Sequence record: NZ_CP069678.1
DNA: 64,000 nt
Source: a plasmid
Direction: 5' to 3' (one strand)
Position 1 is the stretch's first letter. The number at the start of each line of letters is the position of its first letter. This document shows, in pieces, positions 10,078-20,005 of this stretch. The notes beneath the pieces were generated by a model that had not been told where the DNA came from, did not search any database, and was given only the letters and a program-made list of their open reading frames with translations. A program made the translations under genes and the position numbers.

Positions 10078-10215
10078 GTCATTACCACGTATATACACAG
10101 TATATAACGATTCAGATATCGTCACTAGGATATGCCGCGCCAGCGGCATGGAAGGCGGCACTCCGCTGTTTCATATGATACCGCCGAAGCCCGATGTAAG
10201 CCGCTACAGTCGTCC
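10078..10215. repeat. Second copy of IncFII oriR-distal (repA4-like) segment; direct repeat of 46736-46880
   Basis: About 140 bp with roughly 88% identity to 46736-46880 (cattaccacgtatatacaca…ggcatggaaggcggcact…gtttcatatgatac…cgccgaagccc…gtaagccg), same orientation, with one 11-bp indel. Confidence 0.7.
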
Positions 10216-10359
10216 GAAAGTCACCAGCCTCCTCCCCCCTGCCGTCATCCGTGCATCAGCTATGCACTGAGTATGCCTGCCCTTCCCTAGAGAATCCTGC
10301 CAGGCTTGCCACACTGATATATCTTGACTTTATGTAAACGATATGACACTTTAACATGA

Positions 10360-10378
10360 TAATGATTACCATTCTCTT
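10360..10378. promoter_or_regulatory. Fur box in cvaA promoter region
   Basis: gataatgattaccattctc matches the Fur consensus GATAATGATAATCATTATC at 15 of 19 positions, about 300 bp upstream of cvaA. The colicin V operons are known to be iron regulated. Confidence 0.55.
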
Positions 10379-10677
10379 TTAATATACAGAGAAACTAGGA
10401 AATAGATGAATGAGTTATGTTACTTTAATATTCTCTGACAATAACCTAAATCAGTTAGATTATTGTCATTTAATAAATAATGACATTCTTTCATCATAAA
10501 TAAAAAGACTATTGTTTATAATATTGTTCTCAGCATTATATGATTATTTATCCTGATAACTCTCCTATGTTGTATGTTTATATGATTTTCCTTGAAACAT
10601 ATAATGCAAATTTTCGATTTATTTTCCATCATTAATCCAGATAAACAACAAACTAATAGTATGCAAGGAGACATTAT

Positions 10678-11952
10678 TTGTTTCGCCAGGATGCTTTAGA
10701 AAACAGAAAAATGAAGTGGCAGGGACGGGCAATATTACTTCCCGGAATACCACTGTGGTTAATCATGCTGGGAAGCATTGTGTTTATTACGGCATTTCTG
10801 ATGTTCATTATTGTTGGTACCTATAGCCGCCGTGTTAATGTCAGTGGTGAGGTCACAACCTGGCCAAGAGCTGTCAATATATATTCAGGTGTACAGGGAT
10901 TTGTTGTCAGGCAGTTTGTTCATGAAGGGCAGTTGATAAAAAAAGGGGATCCTGTTTATCTGATTGACATCAGTAAAAGTACACGCAATGGTATTGTCAC
11001 TGATAATCATCGCCGGGATATAGAAAACCAGCTGGTTCGTGTGAACAACATTATTTCCCGTCTGGAAGAAAGTAAAAAAATAACGCTAGATACCCTGGAA
11101 AAACAACGTCTGCAATACACAGATGCGTTCCGTCGCTCATCAGACATTATACAGCGTGCAGAGGAAGGGATAAAAATAATGAAAAATAATATGGAGAATT
11201 ACAGATACTATCAGTCAAAAGGACTGATTAATAAAGATCAATTAACTAACCAAGTTGCATTATATTATCAACAACAAAACAACCTTCTCAGTCTGAGCGG
11301 ACAAAATGAACAAAATGCCCTGCAGATAACCACTCTGGAGAGTCAGATTCAGACTCAGGCAGCAGATTTTGATAATCGTATCTATCAGATGGAACTGCAA
11401 CGACTCGAATTGCAGAAAGAACTGGTTAACACTGATGTGGAAGGCGAAATCATTATCCGGGCGTTGTCTGACGGGAAAGTTGACTCCCTGAGTGTCACTG
11501 TAGGGCAAATGGTCAATACCGGAGACAGCCTTCTGCAGGTTATTCCTGAGAACATTGAAAACTATTATCTTATTCTCTGGGTCCCGAATGATGCTGTTCC
11601 TTATATTTCGGCTGGTGACAAAGTGAATATTCGTTATGAAGCCTTCCCCTCAGAAAAATTTGGGCAGTTCTCTGCTACGGTTAAAACTATATCCAGGACT
11701 CCTGCGTCAACACAGGAAATGTTGACCTATAAGGGCGCACCTCAAAATACGCCGGGTGCCTCTGTTCCCTGGTATAAAGTCATTGCGACGCCTGAAAAGC
11801 AGATAATCAGGTATGACGAAAAATACCTCCCTCTGGAAAATGGAATGAAAGCCGAAAGTACACTATTTCTGGAAAAAAGGCGTATTTACCAGTGGATGCT
11901 TTCTCCTTTCTATGACATGAAACACAGTGCAACAGGACCGATCAATGACTAA
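10678..11952 (+). CDS. cvaA: Colicin V secretion membrane fusion protein CvaA (HlyD family); published 413-aa product would start at 10711
   Basis: The ORF translation matches the CvaA sequence as recalled, with a single N-terminal TM and coiled-coil and lipoyl-like domains. It overlaps cvaB. Confidence 0.93.
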   Translation: MFRQDALENRKMKWQGRAILLPGIPLWLIMLGSIVFITAFLMFIIVGTYSRRVNVSGEVTTWPRAVNIYSGVQGFVVRQFVHEGQLIKKGDPVYLIDISKSTRNGIVTDNHRRDIENQLVRVNNIISRLEESKKITLDTLEKQRLQYTDAFRRSSDIIQRAEEGIKIMKNNMENYRYYQSKGLINKDQLTNQVALYYQQQNNLLSLSGQNEQNALQITTLESQIQTQAADFDNRIYQMELQRLELQKELVNTDVEGEIIIRALSDGKVDSLSVTVGQMVNTGDSLLQVIPENIENYYLILWVPNDAVPYISAGDKVNIRYEAFPSEKFGQFSATVKTISRTPASTQEMLTYKGAPQNTPGASVPWYKVIATPEKQIIRYDEKYLPLENGMKAESTLFLEKRRIYQWMLSPFYDMKHSATGPIND

Positions 11953-14041
11953 CAGGAATTTCAGACAAATTATAAATCTGCTTGATTTGCGCTGGCAACG
12001 TCGTGTTCCGGTTATTCATCAGACGGAGACCGCTGAATGTGGACTGGCCTGCCTAGCAATGATATGCGGTCATTTTGGTAAGAATATTGACCTGATATAT
12101 CTTCGCCGGAAGTTTAATCTCTCTGCCCGTGGAGCAACCCTTGCAGGAATCAATGGAATAGCGGAGCAACTGGGGATGGCCACCCGGGCTCTTTCACTGG
12201 AGTTGGATGAACTTCGAGTCCTCAAAACGCCGTGTATTCTCCACTGGGATTTCAGTCACTTCGTCGTTCTGGTCAGCGTAAAGCGTAACCGTTATGTACT
12301 GCATGATCCGGCCAGGGGCATAAGATATATCAGCCGGGAGGAAATGAGCCGATATTTTACAGGCGTTGCACTTGAGGTCTGGCCCGGAAGTGAATTCCAG
12401 TCGGAAACCCTGCAGACCCGCATAAGTCTTCGTTCACTGATTAACAGTATTTACGGTATTAAAAGAACGCTGGCGAAAATTTTCTGTCTGTCAGTTGTAA
12501 TTGAAGCAATCAATCTGCTAATGCCGGTGGGGACACAGCTGGTTATGGATCATGCTATTCCTGCGGGGGACAGAGGGCTACTGACGCTAATTTCTGCTGC
12601 TCTTATGTTTTTTATATTACTCAAAGCTGCAACGAGTACGCTGCGCGCATGGTCTTCACTGGTTATGAGCACGCTCATCAATGTACAGTGGCAGTCGGGG
12701 CTGTTCGATCATCTTCTCAGACTACCGCTGGCGTTTTTTGAACGCCGAAAATTAGGTGATATCCAGTCACGTTTTGACTCCCTTGACACATTGAGGGCCA
12801 CATTTACCACCAGTGTGATCGGGTTCATAATGGACAGCATTATGGTTGTCGGTGTTTGTGTGATGATGCTGTTATACGGAGGATATCTCACCTGGATAGT
12901 TCTCTGCTTTACCACAATTTACATTTTTATTCGACTGGTGACATACGGCAATTACCGACAGATATCAGAAGAATGTCTTGTCAGGGAGGCCCGTGCCGCC
13001 TCCTATTTTATGGAAACATTATATGGTATTGCCACGGTAAAAATCCAGGGGATGGTCGGAATTCGGGGAGCACACTGGCTTAATATGAAAATAGATGCGA
13101 TAAATTCGGGTATTAAGCTAACCAGGATGGATTTGCTCTTCGGAGGAATAAATACCTTTGTTACCGCCTGTGATCAGATTGTAATTTTATGGCTGGGAGC
13201 AGGCCTTGTGATCGATAATCAGATGACAATAGGAATGTTTGTAGCGTTTAGTTCTTTTCGTGGGCAGTTTTCGGAAAGAGTTGCCTCTCTGACCAGTTTT
13301 CTTCTTCAGCTAAGAATAATGAGTCTGCACAATGAGCGCATTGCAGATATTGCATTACATGAAAAGGAGGAAAAGAAACCTGAAATTGAAATCGTTGCTG
13401 ATATGGGGCCAATATCCCTGGAAACCAATGGTTTAAGCTATCGTTATGACAGTCAGTCAGCACCGATATTCAGTGCTCTGAGTTTATCTGTAGCTCCGGG
13501 GGAAAGTGTGGCTATAACTGGTGCTTCCGGTGCGGGAAAAACCACATTAATGAAAGTACTATGTGGACTATTTGAACCTGATAGCGGGAGGGTACTGATA
13601 AATGGTATAGATATACGCCAAATTGGAATAAATAATTATCACCGGATGATAGCCTGTGTTATGCAGGATGACCGGCTATTTTCAGGCTCAATTCGTGAAA
13701 ATATCTGTGGTTTTGCAGAGGAAATGGATGAAGAGTGGATGGTAGAATGTGCCAGAGCAAGTCATATTCATGATGTTATAATGAATATGCCAATGGGATA
13801 TGAAACATTAATAGGTGAACTTGGGGAAGGTCTTTCTGGCGGTCAAAAACAGCGTATATTTATTGCACGAGCCTTATACCGGAAACCAGGAATATTATTT
13901 ATGGATGAGGCAACCAGTGCTCTTGATTCAGAGAGTGAACATTTCGTGAATGTTGCCATAAAAAACATGAATATCACCAGGGTAATTATTGCACACAGAG
14001 AAACAACGTTGAGAACTGTTGATAGAGTTATTTCTATTTAA
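11945..14041 (+). CDS. cvaB: Colicin V ABC exporter CvaB with N-terminal C39 peptidase domain (698 aa)
   Basis: C39 peptidase Cys motif ([15 protein letters not shown]), a 6-TM domain, Walker A (GASGAGKTT), ABC signature (LSGGQKQR) and Walker B (ILFMDEATS). Confidence 0.93.
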   Translation: MTNRNFRQIINLLDLRWQRRVPVIHQTETAECGLACLAMICGHFGKNIDLIYLRRKFNLSARGATLAGINGIAEQLGMATRALSLELDELRVLKTPCILHWDFSHFVVLVSVKRNRYVLHDPARGIRYISREEMSRYFTGVALEVWPGSEFQSETLQTRISLRSLINSIYGIKRTLAKIFCLSVVIEAINLLMPVGTQLVMDHAIPAGDRGLLTLISAALMFFILLKAATSTLRAWSSLVMSTLINVQWQSGLFDHLLRLPLAFFERRKLGDIQSRFDSLDTLRATFTTSVIGFIMDSIMVVGVCVMMLLYGGYLTWIVLCFTTIYIFIRLVTYGNYRQISEECLVREARAASYFMETLYGIATVKIQGMVGIRGAHWLNMKIDAINSGIKLTRMDLLFGGINTFVTACDQIVILWLGAGLVIDNQMTIGMFVAFSSFRGQFSERVASLTSFLLQLRIMSLHNERIADIALHEKEEKKPEIEIVADMGPISLETNGLSYRYDSQSAPIFSALSLSVAPGESVAITGASGAGKTTLMKVLCGLFEPDSGRVLINGIDIRQIGINNYHRMIACVMQDDRLFSGSIRENICGFAEEMDEEWMVECARASHIHDVIMNMPMGYETLIGELGEGLSGGQKQRIFIARALYRKPGILFMDEATSALDSESEHFVNVAIKNMNITRVIIAHRETTLRTVDRVISI

Positions 14042-14166
14042 ACCATAGAGGAATTACAAGCGTATGAGGAATATTTCTTCCTGTTATAATTCCTCGTTAT
14101 GCTCAGATATCTGTTGGAGGTGGAATGGAAGATAGACAATCCACCAAGAAGAAATATCATTCTGTG

Positions 14167-15495
14167 CTGATGAATCCCCTAATGATTTTTATCAAAATCA
14201 TTAAGTTAAGGTAGATACACATCTTGTCATATGATCAAATGGTTTCGCCAAAAATCAATAATCAGACAACAAAATGTGCGAACTCGATATTTTACACGAC
14301 TCTCTTTACCAATTCTGCCCCGAATTACACTTAAAACGACTCAACAGCTTAACGTTGGCTTGCCACGCCTTACTTGACTGTAAAACTCTCACTCTTACCG
14401 AACTTGGCCGTAACCTGCCAACCAAAGCGAGAACAAAACATAACATCAAACGAATCGACCGATTGTTAGGTAATCGTCACCTCCACAAAGAGCGACTCGC
14501 TGTATACCGTTGGCATGCTAGCTTTATCTGTTCGGGCAATACGATGCCCATTGTACTTGTTGACTGGTCTGATATCCGTGAGCAAAAACGGCTTATGGTA
14601 TTGCGAGCTTCAGTCGCACTACACGGTCGTTCTGTTACTCTTTATGAGAAAGCGTTCCCGCTTTCAGAGCAATGTTCAAAGAAAGCTCATGACCAATTTC
14701 TAGCCGACCTTGCGAGCATTCTACCGAGTAACACCACACCGCTCATTGTCAGTGATGCTGGCTTTAAAGTGCCATGGTATAAATCCGTTGAGAAGCTGGG
14801 TTGGTACTGGTTAAGTCGAGTAAGAGGAAAAGTACAATATGCAGACCTAGGAGCGGAAAACTGGAAACCTATCAGCAACTTACATGATATGTCATCTAGT
14901 CACTCAAAGACTTTAGGCTATAAGAGGCTGACTAAAAGCAATCCAATCTCATGCCAAATTCTATTGTATAAATCTCGCTCTAAAGGCCGAAAAAATCAGC
15001 GCTCGACACGGACTCATTGTCACCACCCGTCACCTAAAATCTACTCAGCGTCGGCAAAGGAGCCATGGATTCTAGCAACTAACTTACCTGTTGAAATTCG
15101 AACACCCAAACAACTTGTTAATATCTATTCGAAGCGAATGCAGATTGAAGAAACCTTCCGAGACTTGAAAAGTCCTGCCTACGGACTAGGCCTACGCCAT
15201 AGCCGAACGAGCAGCTCAGAGCGTTTTGATATCATGCTGCTAATCGCCCTGATGCTTCAACTAACATGTTGGCTTGCGGGCGTTCATGCTCAGAAACAAG
15301 GTTGGGACAAGCACTTCCAGGCTAACACAGTCAGAAATCGAAACGTACTCTCAACAGTTCGCTTAGGCATGGAAGTTTTGCGGCATTCTGGCTACACAAT
15401 AACAAGGGAAGACTCACTCGTGGCTGCAACCCTGCTTACTCAAAATCTATTCACACATGGTTACGTTTTGGGGAAATTATGAGGGGATCTCTCAG
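14167..15495 (+). mobile_element. IS10 (1329 bp) simple insertion with 9-bp target site duplication CATTCTGTG
   Basis: Outside end ctgatgaatcccctaatgatttt at 14167 and inside end …ggggatctctcag at 15495. CATTCTGTG is present at 14158-14166 and 15496-15504. Inserted between the cvaB stop and the cvaC stop. Confidence 0.9.
14274..15482 (+). CDS. IS10 transposase (402 aa; variant with …SLVAATLLTQ…YVLGKL C-terminus)
   Basis: Full-length match to the IS10 transposase (MCELDILHDSLYQF…). Confidence 0.92.
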   Translation: MCELDILHDSLYQFCPELHLKRLNSLTLACHALLDCKTLTLTELGRNLPTKARTKHNIKRIDRLLGNRHLHKERLAVYRWHASFICSGNTMPIVLVDWSDIREQKRLMVLRASVALHGRSVTLYEKAFPLSEQCSKKAHDQFLADLASILPSNTTPLIVSDAGFKVPWYKSVEKLGWYWLSRVRGKVQYADLGAENWKPISNLHDMSSSHSKTLGYKRLTKSNPISCQILLYKSRSKGRKNQRSTRTHCHHPSPKIYSASAKEPWILATNLPVEIRTPKQLVNIYSKRMQIEETFRDLKSPAYGLGLRHSRTSSSERFDIMLLIALMLQLTCWLAGVHAQKQGWDKHFQANTVRNRNVLSTVRLGMEVLRHSGYTITREDSLVAATLLTQNLFTHGYVLGKL

Positions 15496-15548
15496 CATTC
15501 TGTGTGGATTGTCCAATAACTGTTCTTTCTTATATTAAATAATACTAT

Positions 15549-15860
15549 TTATAAACAAACATCACTAAGATTATTTGGACTCCAATTACACAATCTTCCC
15601 GCAGCATAGTTCCATGCTTCTGAAGGTATCCCTTCGGGTTTTTGCTTAATTGTTCCCCCTAAACCGGATGGAGACATTGCAGGATTAGGTTTGTGAGTGG
15701 ATGCATAGTCATATATTGCACCTCCAGCCACACCCCCAGCAGCTGCTCCAATTCCTCCTGCAACAAATTGCCCGGATAGTGTTCCTATAGCCATCGCAAT
15801 ATCACGCCCTGAAGCACCACCAGAAACAGAATCTAATTCATTTAGAGTCAGAGTTCTCAT
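15549..15860 (-). CDS. cvaC: Colicin V (microcin V) precursor, 103 aa with double-glycine leader
   Basis: Matches CvaC as recalled: MRTLTLNELDSVSGG leader, Gly-rich core and …CNWSPNNLSDVCL C-terminus. Confidence 0.95.
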   Translation of the reverse strand: MRTLTLNELDSVSGGASGRDIAMAIGTLSGQFVAGGIGAAAGGVAGGAIYDYASTHKPNPAMSPSGLGGTIKQKPEGIPSEAWNYAAGRLCNWSPNNLSDVCL

Positions 15861-16074
15861 ATGATCTCCTTTTTATCTTATCGGATATTGAATAATAATT
15901 ATCACCAACAAAGTAACATATTGCAGACATTAATGCAGAGAAGCAAAATGTATGCATGGATAAAAAGTCCTTTCCTCTAAAAACACAATCATATATAGCT
16001 AATGCAATATATATTGCGGTGGCATTTATTATAAATGCAAATAACAACTCTAATTTTGTTCTTTTTCTATCCAT
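15838..16074 (-). CDS. cvi: Colicin V immunity protein Cvi (78 aa)
   Basis: Matches Cvi as recalled (MDRKRTKLELLFAFIINATAIYIALAIYD…). Upstream of and overlapping cvaC in the cvi-cvaC operon. Confidence 0.93.
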   Translation of the reverse strand: MDRKRTKLELLFAFIINATAIYIALAIYDCVFRGKDFLSMHTFCFSALMSAICYFVGDNYYSISDKIKRRSYENSDSK

Positions 16075-16118
16075 TACTTTTTATCCCATTACTTTCTATC
16101 CCATTACCACACAAACAC

Positions 16119-16137
16119 TAACGATAATGATTATCGT
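16119..16137. promoter_or_regulatory. Fur box in cvi-cvaC promoter; adjacent 14-bp tandem repeat (16078-16108)
   Basis: gataatgattatcgtta matches the Fur consensus, about 45 bp upstream of the cvi start. Tandem tatcccattacttt / ctatcccattacca lies just beside it. Confidence 0.5.
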
Positions 16138-16192
16138 TAACATAGTCAAGAGTGAAGGGTAGGAGGCCCTCAACCCCCTATAAGGGGTCCGC

Positions 16193-17012
16193 TTGGAAAA
16201 CGGATTTCCCCACGTCAAGAGAATTGATTTGAACGAGTGGCTTCGCTACAAACAGCTCCCGTTTGTGTGTGAAAAACCCCTCTCAACAGATCTCAACTCT
16301 GCACGATATCTACAGGAGATTGCTCCAAAAGGCAGTATCGTGTCTTTTAACTACCGATATAACCCCGTCATCGACATGATAATGCGTCTGAGAAATGAGA
16401 AGAAATTAGGTGAACTGCATTTCTTCTCAGCAGAATTTAATAAAAATTCTGCACTGACCCGCCATCACCTGACCTGGCGAGACTCCGCACAACAGAGCAA
16501 AAGCAGCGGTGCTCTGGGCGATCTATCCTGTCATCTGCTTGATTTATTTTGTTTTATAGGGGAAAGCCCGGTAGTGGTTCATGGGATCAAAACGGTAAAG
16601 GGGACACGTGGGTACAAAATCAGATGGTCAGGTTGAAGTGGATGATAACGGCTATGTAATGGGCAGTTCAGAAAAGGGAGCTTATTTCAGAGTTCATGCC
16701 AGTAAATCGGAAACAGATCATAATTTGGGACTGCATATACAGCTTGTATTTGAAAATGGTGAAATCAGATATTCAACCCACCATGAAAATCGCCTGCTCC
16801 TGATTCTATTTAATGATACGAATACGGAAACAATTGGCTTCGACGCTCTGAAACGCTTGCCTGATCCACCACGGGAGCTTCCATTCTGGTCTGATTCGTT
16901 TATTCATCTTCATGACGACTGGTGTGCTCTTATTAAATATGGTCACTCGTCTCCTAAGCTAGCGGACCTGTCATCCGGCCTTCATATACAGGAAATAATT
17001 GAGGCATTCTGA
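16193..17012 (+). pseudogene. Gfo/Idh/MocA-family oxidoreductase remnant (N-terminal NAD-binding domain missing; frameshift near 16610-16636)
   Basis: Frame 1 (16193-16636) carries the conserved EKP motif region (…CEKPLSTDLNSARYL…). The C-terminal domain continues in another frame (16608-17012). No Rossmann N-terminus is upstream; the cvi promoter abuts instead. Confidence 0.6.
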
Positions 17013-17283
17013 TATGGATACCATTCTTTTAACCGGGCTGTTTGCTGCATTTTTCACAACGTTTGCGTTCGCTCCCCAGAGCATAAAAACTATCAGGACA
17101 CGCAATACCGAAGGTATCTCCGTTGTTATGTATATCATGTTCCTGACAGGTGTAATCTCATGGATAGCGTATGGCATTATGCGATCTGATTTTGCCGTAC
17201 TGATCGCCAATATTGTCACACTGTTTCTGGCTGCACCAGTGCTTGTAATAACACTTATCAACCGCAGGAAAAAACACGTATGA
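16999..17283 (+). CDS. SemiSWEET / PQ-loop family small transporter (~90 aa, 3 TM)
   Basis: 94-aa ORF with three hydrophobic helices and a PQ-loop-like motif (FAPQSIKTIRTRNTEGIS). Plausible start at MDTILL (17014). Overlaps the downstream ORF start by 4 nt. Confidence 0.6.
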   Translation: MRHSDMDTILLTGLFAAFFTTFAFAPQSIKTIRTRNTEGISVVMYIMFLTGVISWIAYGIMRSDFAVLIANIVTLFLAAPVLVITLINRRKKHV

Positions 17284-18260
17284 ATATTGCAATCATCGGC
17301 GCGGGTCCTGCCGGCATCATTTCTGCCCGTAATGCGATTAAAGCAGGTCACTCCGTGGTTCTGTTTGAGAAGAATACCCGAATTGGGGAGATCTGGAACC
17401 CCTGGAGTGGTGGCGCTTACCGTAATGCCTGTATGCAGAACTCTCGTTATACATTTCATTATACTGGCTTTCCCCCTGGCGATATCGATGAATTTCTAGG
17501 AGTGGAACAGGTATTCAGATATCTTTCGGCCGTGGCCGGAGAGGATGCCCTCCGTGAGTCGATCCGACTGAATACTGAAGTTGTTTCACTCAGAAAAGAC
17601 GCCGGACACCGGGTGATCCGCTGCGCTTCTGAAGGAAAAGACACGGAAGACATTTTTGACCGGGTCATCATTGCAACAGGTGAACTCTGGCAACCCCGCC
17701 GGCCCCCCCTGCCAGGTGAGGAAAACTTCTCCGGAACGTTGATCACGTCGAGAGATTATCAGGAGCCAGAGGCATTTAAAGGAAAAAATATCCTCATCAT
17801 TGGCGGCGGTGTCAGCGGTGCGGATATTGCCTCAGACCTTGTTCCCTTTGCCAGAAGCGTAAGTCTGTCCGTCAAAAAGATGGGACTTTATCTGCCGAGA
17901 CAATTCCCGACTGGCCCGAATGACATGATGCACTCCTATCTGGGCAGGTGTCTGCTGAGCCAAATGAATTATGAAGATTTTATCGGTTATCTCGACACCA
18001 TGATGCCTGACTACATGCAGGCCTACCGAGCATCCAGTCTGTTGCCCGACATGGCGAACAATAACGCGGTGCATGTTAACGAAAAAATCATACCGAATGT
18101 GGCCGCCGGTCTGATAAAAGTTAAACCCCAGGCAGAGCGTTTCACCGGAGAAGGCGCTATTAAGTTCGTCGACGCATCTCAGGAAAAATATGATGTAATA
18201 ATAACCTGTACAGGCTATGAAATGCCTGATTACTCGTTCATTCGTAAGCGTACAGCCTGA
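17280..18260 (+). CDS. FAD/NAD(P)-binding flavin-containing monooxygenase-like protein, 3' end replaced by IS66-family IR
   Basis: GxGxxG FAD motif (IAIIGAGPAGI), an FMO-like FxGxxxxxxxY motif (FSGTLITSRDY) and a second dinucleotide motif (ILIIGGGVSGADIA). The ORF terminates inside the IS66-type terminal repeat (gtaagcg…). Confidence 0.65.
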   Translation: MNIAIIGAGPAGIISARNAIKAGHSVVLFEKNTRIGEIWNPWSGGAYRNACMQNSRYTFHYTGFPPGDIDEFLGVEQVFRYLSAVAGEDALRESIRLNTEVVSLRKDAGHRVIRCASEGKDTEDIFDRVIIATGELWQPRRPPLPGEENFSGTLITSRDYQEPEAFKGKNILIIGGGVSGADIASDLVPFARSVSLSVKKMGLYLPRQFPTGPNDMMHSYLGRCLLSQMNYEDFIGYLDTMMPDYMQAYRASSLLPDMANNNAVHVNEKIIPNVAAGLIKVKPQAERFTGEGAIKFVDASQEKYDVIITCTGYEMPDYSFIRKRTA

Positions 18261-18314
18261 ACCGTCTGGTCAGAATCTGACGAATTAGACAAAGTGGTGT
18301 CCACCAAATAAGTA

Positions 18315-18716
18315 GTGGGAACCAAAGTGTCAGATATGCAGAAAAATGTGACTCCCGGCAGGCGAAAAGGCTGCCCTAATTATCCTCCCGAATTTAAACA
18401 GCTGCTCGTTGCTGCCTCCTGTGAACCCGGGATATCCATCTCAAAACTTGCTCTTGAAAATGGCATTAACGCCAATCTGTTGTTCAAATGGCGACAACAA
18501 TGGCGCGAGGGAAAGCTGCTATTACCTTCTTCAGAGAGCCCCCAGCTACTTCCTGTGACTCTCGATGCAGCTGCCGAACAGCCAGAATCGCTTGCAGAGG
18601 ACCCGGAAACCCTCAGTATCAGCTGTGAGGTAACGTTCCGGCACGGGACGCTCCGCTTCAATGGCAATGTCAGCGAAAAGCTCCTGACTCTGCTGATACA
18701 GGAACTGAAGCGATGA
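18315..18716 (+). CDS. IS66-family accessory protein TnpA (orf1)
   Basis: 133-aa ORF with an HTH-like N-terminus, 4-nt overlap with tnpB. Confidence 0.8.
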   Translation: MGTKVSDMQKNVTPGRRKGCPNYPPEFKQLLVAASCEPGISISKLALENGINANLLFKWRQQWREGKLLLPSSESPQLLPVTLDAAAEQPESLAEDPETLSISCEVTFRHGTLRFNGNVSEKLLTLLIQELKR

Positions 18717-19060
18717 TCCCGTTACCTTCCGGGACCAAAATTTGGCTGGTTGCCGGTATCACCGATATGAGAAATGGCTTCAACGGCCTGGCTGCGAAAG
18801 TACAGACGGCGCTGAAAGACGATCCCATGTCCGGCCATGTTTTCATTTTCCGGGGCCGCAGCGGCAGTCAGGTTAAACTGCTGTGGTCCACCGGTGACGG
18901 GCTGTGCCTCCTGACCAAACGGCTGGAGCGTGGGCGCTTCGCCTGGCCGTCAGCCCGTGATGGCAAAGTGTTCCTTACGCAGGCGCAGCTGGCGATGCTG
19001 CTGGAAGGTATCGACTGGCGACAGCCCAAGCGGCTGCTGACCTCCCTGACCATGCTGTAA
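18713..19060 (+). CDS. IS66-family TnpB (orf2)
   Basis: 115-aa ORF MIPLPSGTKIWLVAGITDMRNGFNGLAAKVQ…, a conserved IS66 TnpB signature. Confidence 0.85.
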   Translation: MIPLPSGTKIWLVAGITDMRNGFNGLAAKVQTALKDDPMSGHVFIFRGRSGSQVKLLWSTGDGLCLLTKRLERGRFAWPSARDGKVFLTQAQLAMLLEGIDWRQPKRLLTSLTML

Positions 19061-19109
19061 ATCTCTTTATCCTGGTTGTCACAGAATAAGCCCGGTAAAA
19101 TACGGGCTT

Positions 19110-19972
19110 ATGAACGACATCTCTTCTGACGACATCTTCCTGCTGAAACAGCGCCTGGCCGAACAGGAAGCGCTGATCCACGCCCTGCAGGAAAAGCTGA
19201 GCAACCGGGAGCGCGAAATAGACCATCTGCAGGCGCAGCTGGATAAACTCCGCCGGATGAACTTCGGCAGTCGTTCCGAAAAAGTCTCCCGCCGTATCGC
19301 ACAAATGGAAGCCGATCTGAACCGGCTTCAGAAAGAGAGCGATACGCTGACTGGTAGGGTGTATGACCCGGCAGTACAGCGTCCGTTGCGTCAGACCCGC
19401 ACCCGTAAGCCGTTCCCTGAATCACTACCCCGTGACGAAAAGCGACTGTTGCCTGCGGCGCCGTGCTGCCCGAACTGCGGCGGTTCACTGAGCTATCTGG
19501 GCGAGGATACCGCCGAACAGCTGGAGTTGATGCGTAGCGCCTTCCGGGTTATCCGGACGGTACGGGAAAAACATGCCTGTACTCAGTGCGATGCCATCGT
19601 GCAGGCACCTGCACCTTCGCGGCCCATCGAGCGGGGTATCGCCGGACCGGGGCTGCTGGCCCGCGTGCTGACCTCGAAGTATGCAGAGCACACCCCGCTG
19701 TATCGCCAGTCAGAAATATACGGCCGGCAAGGTGTGGAGCTGAGCCGTTCACTGCTGTCGGGCTGGGTGGATGCATGCTGCCGGCTGCTGTCTCCGCTGG
19801 AAGAGGCGCTTCATGGCTATGTCATGACTGACGGCAAACTCCATGCCGATGATACCCCGGTCCAGGTACTGCTGCCGGGTAATAAGAAGACGAAGACCGG
19901 GCGGTTGTGGGCGTATGTTCGTGATGACCGCAATGCCGGGTCAGCGTTGGCACCTGCAGTGTGGTTCGCTTA
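19110..19972 (+). pseudogene. IS66-family transposase TnpC, N-terminal 287 aa only
   Basis: Leucine-zipper N-terminus and a CxxC zinc motif (CPNCGG…CTQC). Truncated by the Tn3-family IR. Confidence 0.8.
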
Positions 19973-20005
19973 GGGGTCTGACGCTCAGTGGAACGAAAAC
20001 TCACG

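Larger units (their letters stand above)
18247..19972 (+). mobile_element. IS66-family insertion sequence, right end deleted by Tn2/Tn3 insertion
   Basis: Left IR begins GTAAGCG (18247). Three-ORF IS66 organisation (tnpA, tnpB, tnpC). tnpC is cut at codon 287 by the Tn3-family IR at 19973. Confidence 0.75.

Noticed and set aside
16078-16108. Short tandem repeat tatcccattacttt / ctatcccattacca upstream of cvi, considered as a CRISPR-like or iteron array
   Set aside because: Only two imperfect units with no spacers. It fits a promoter-region direct repeat next to the Fur box rather than any array.
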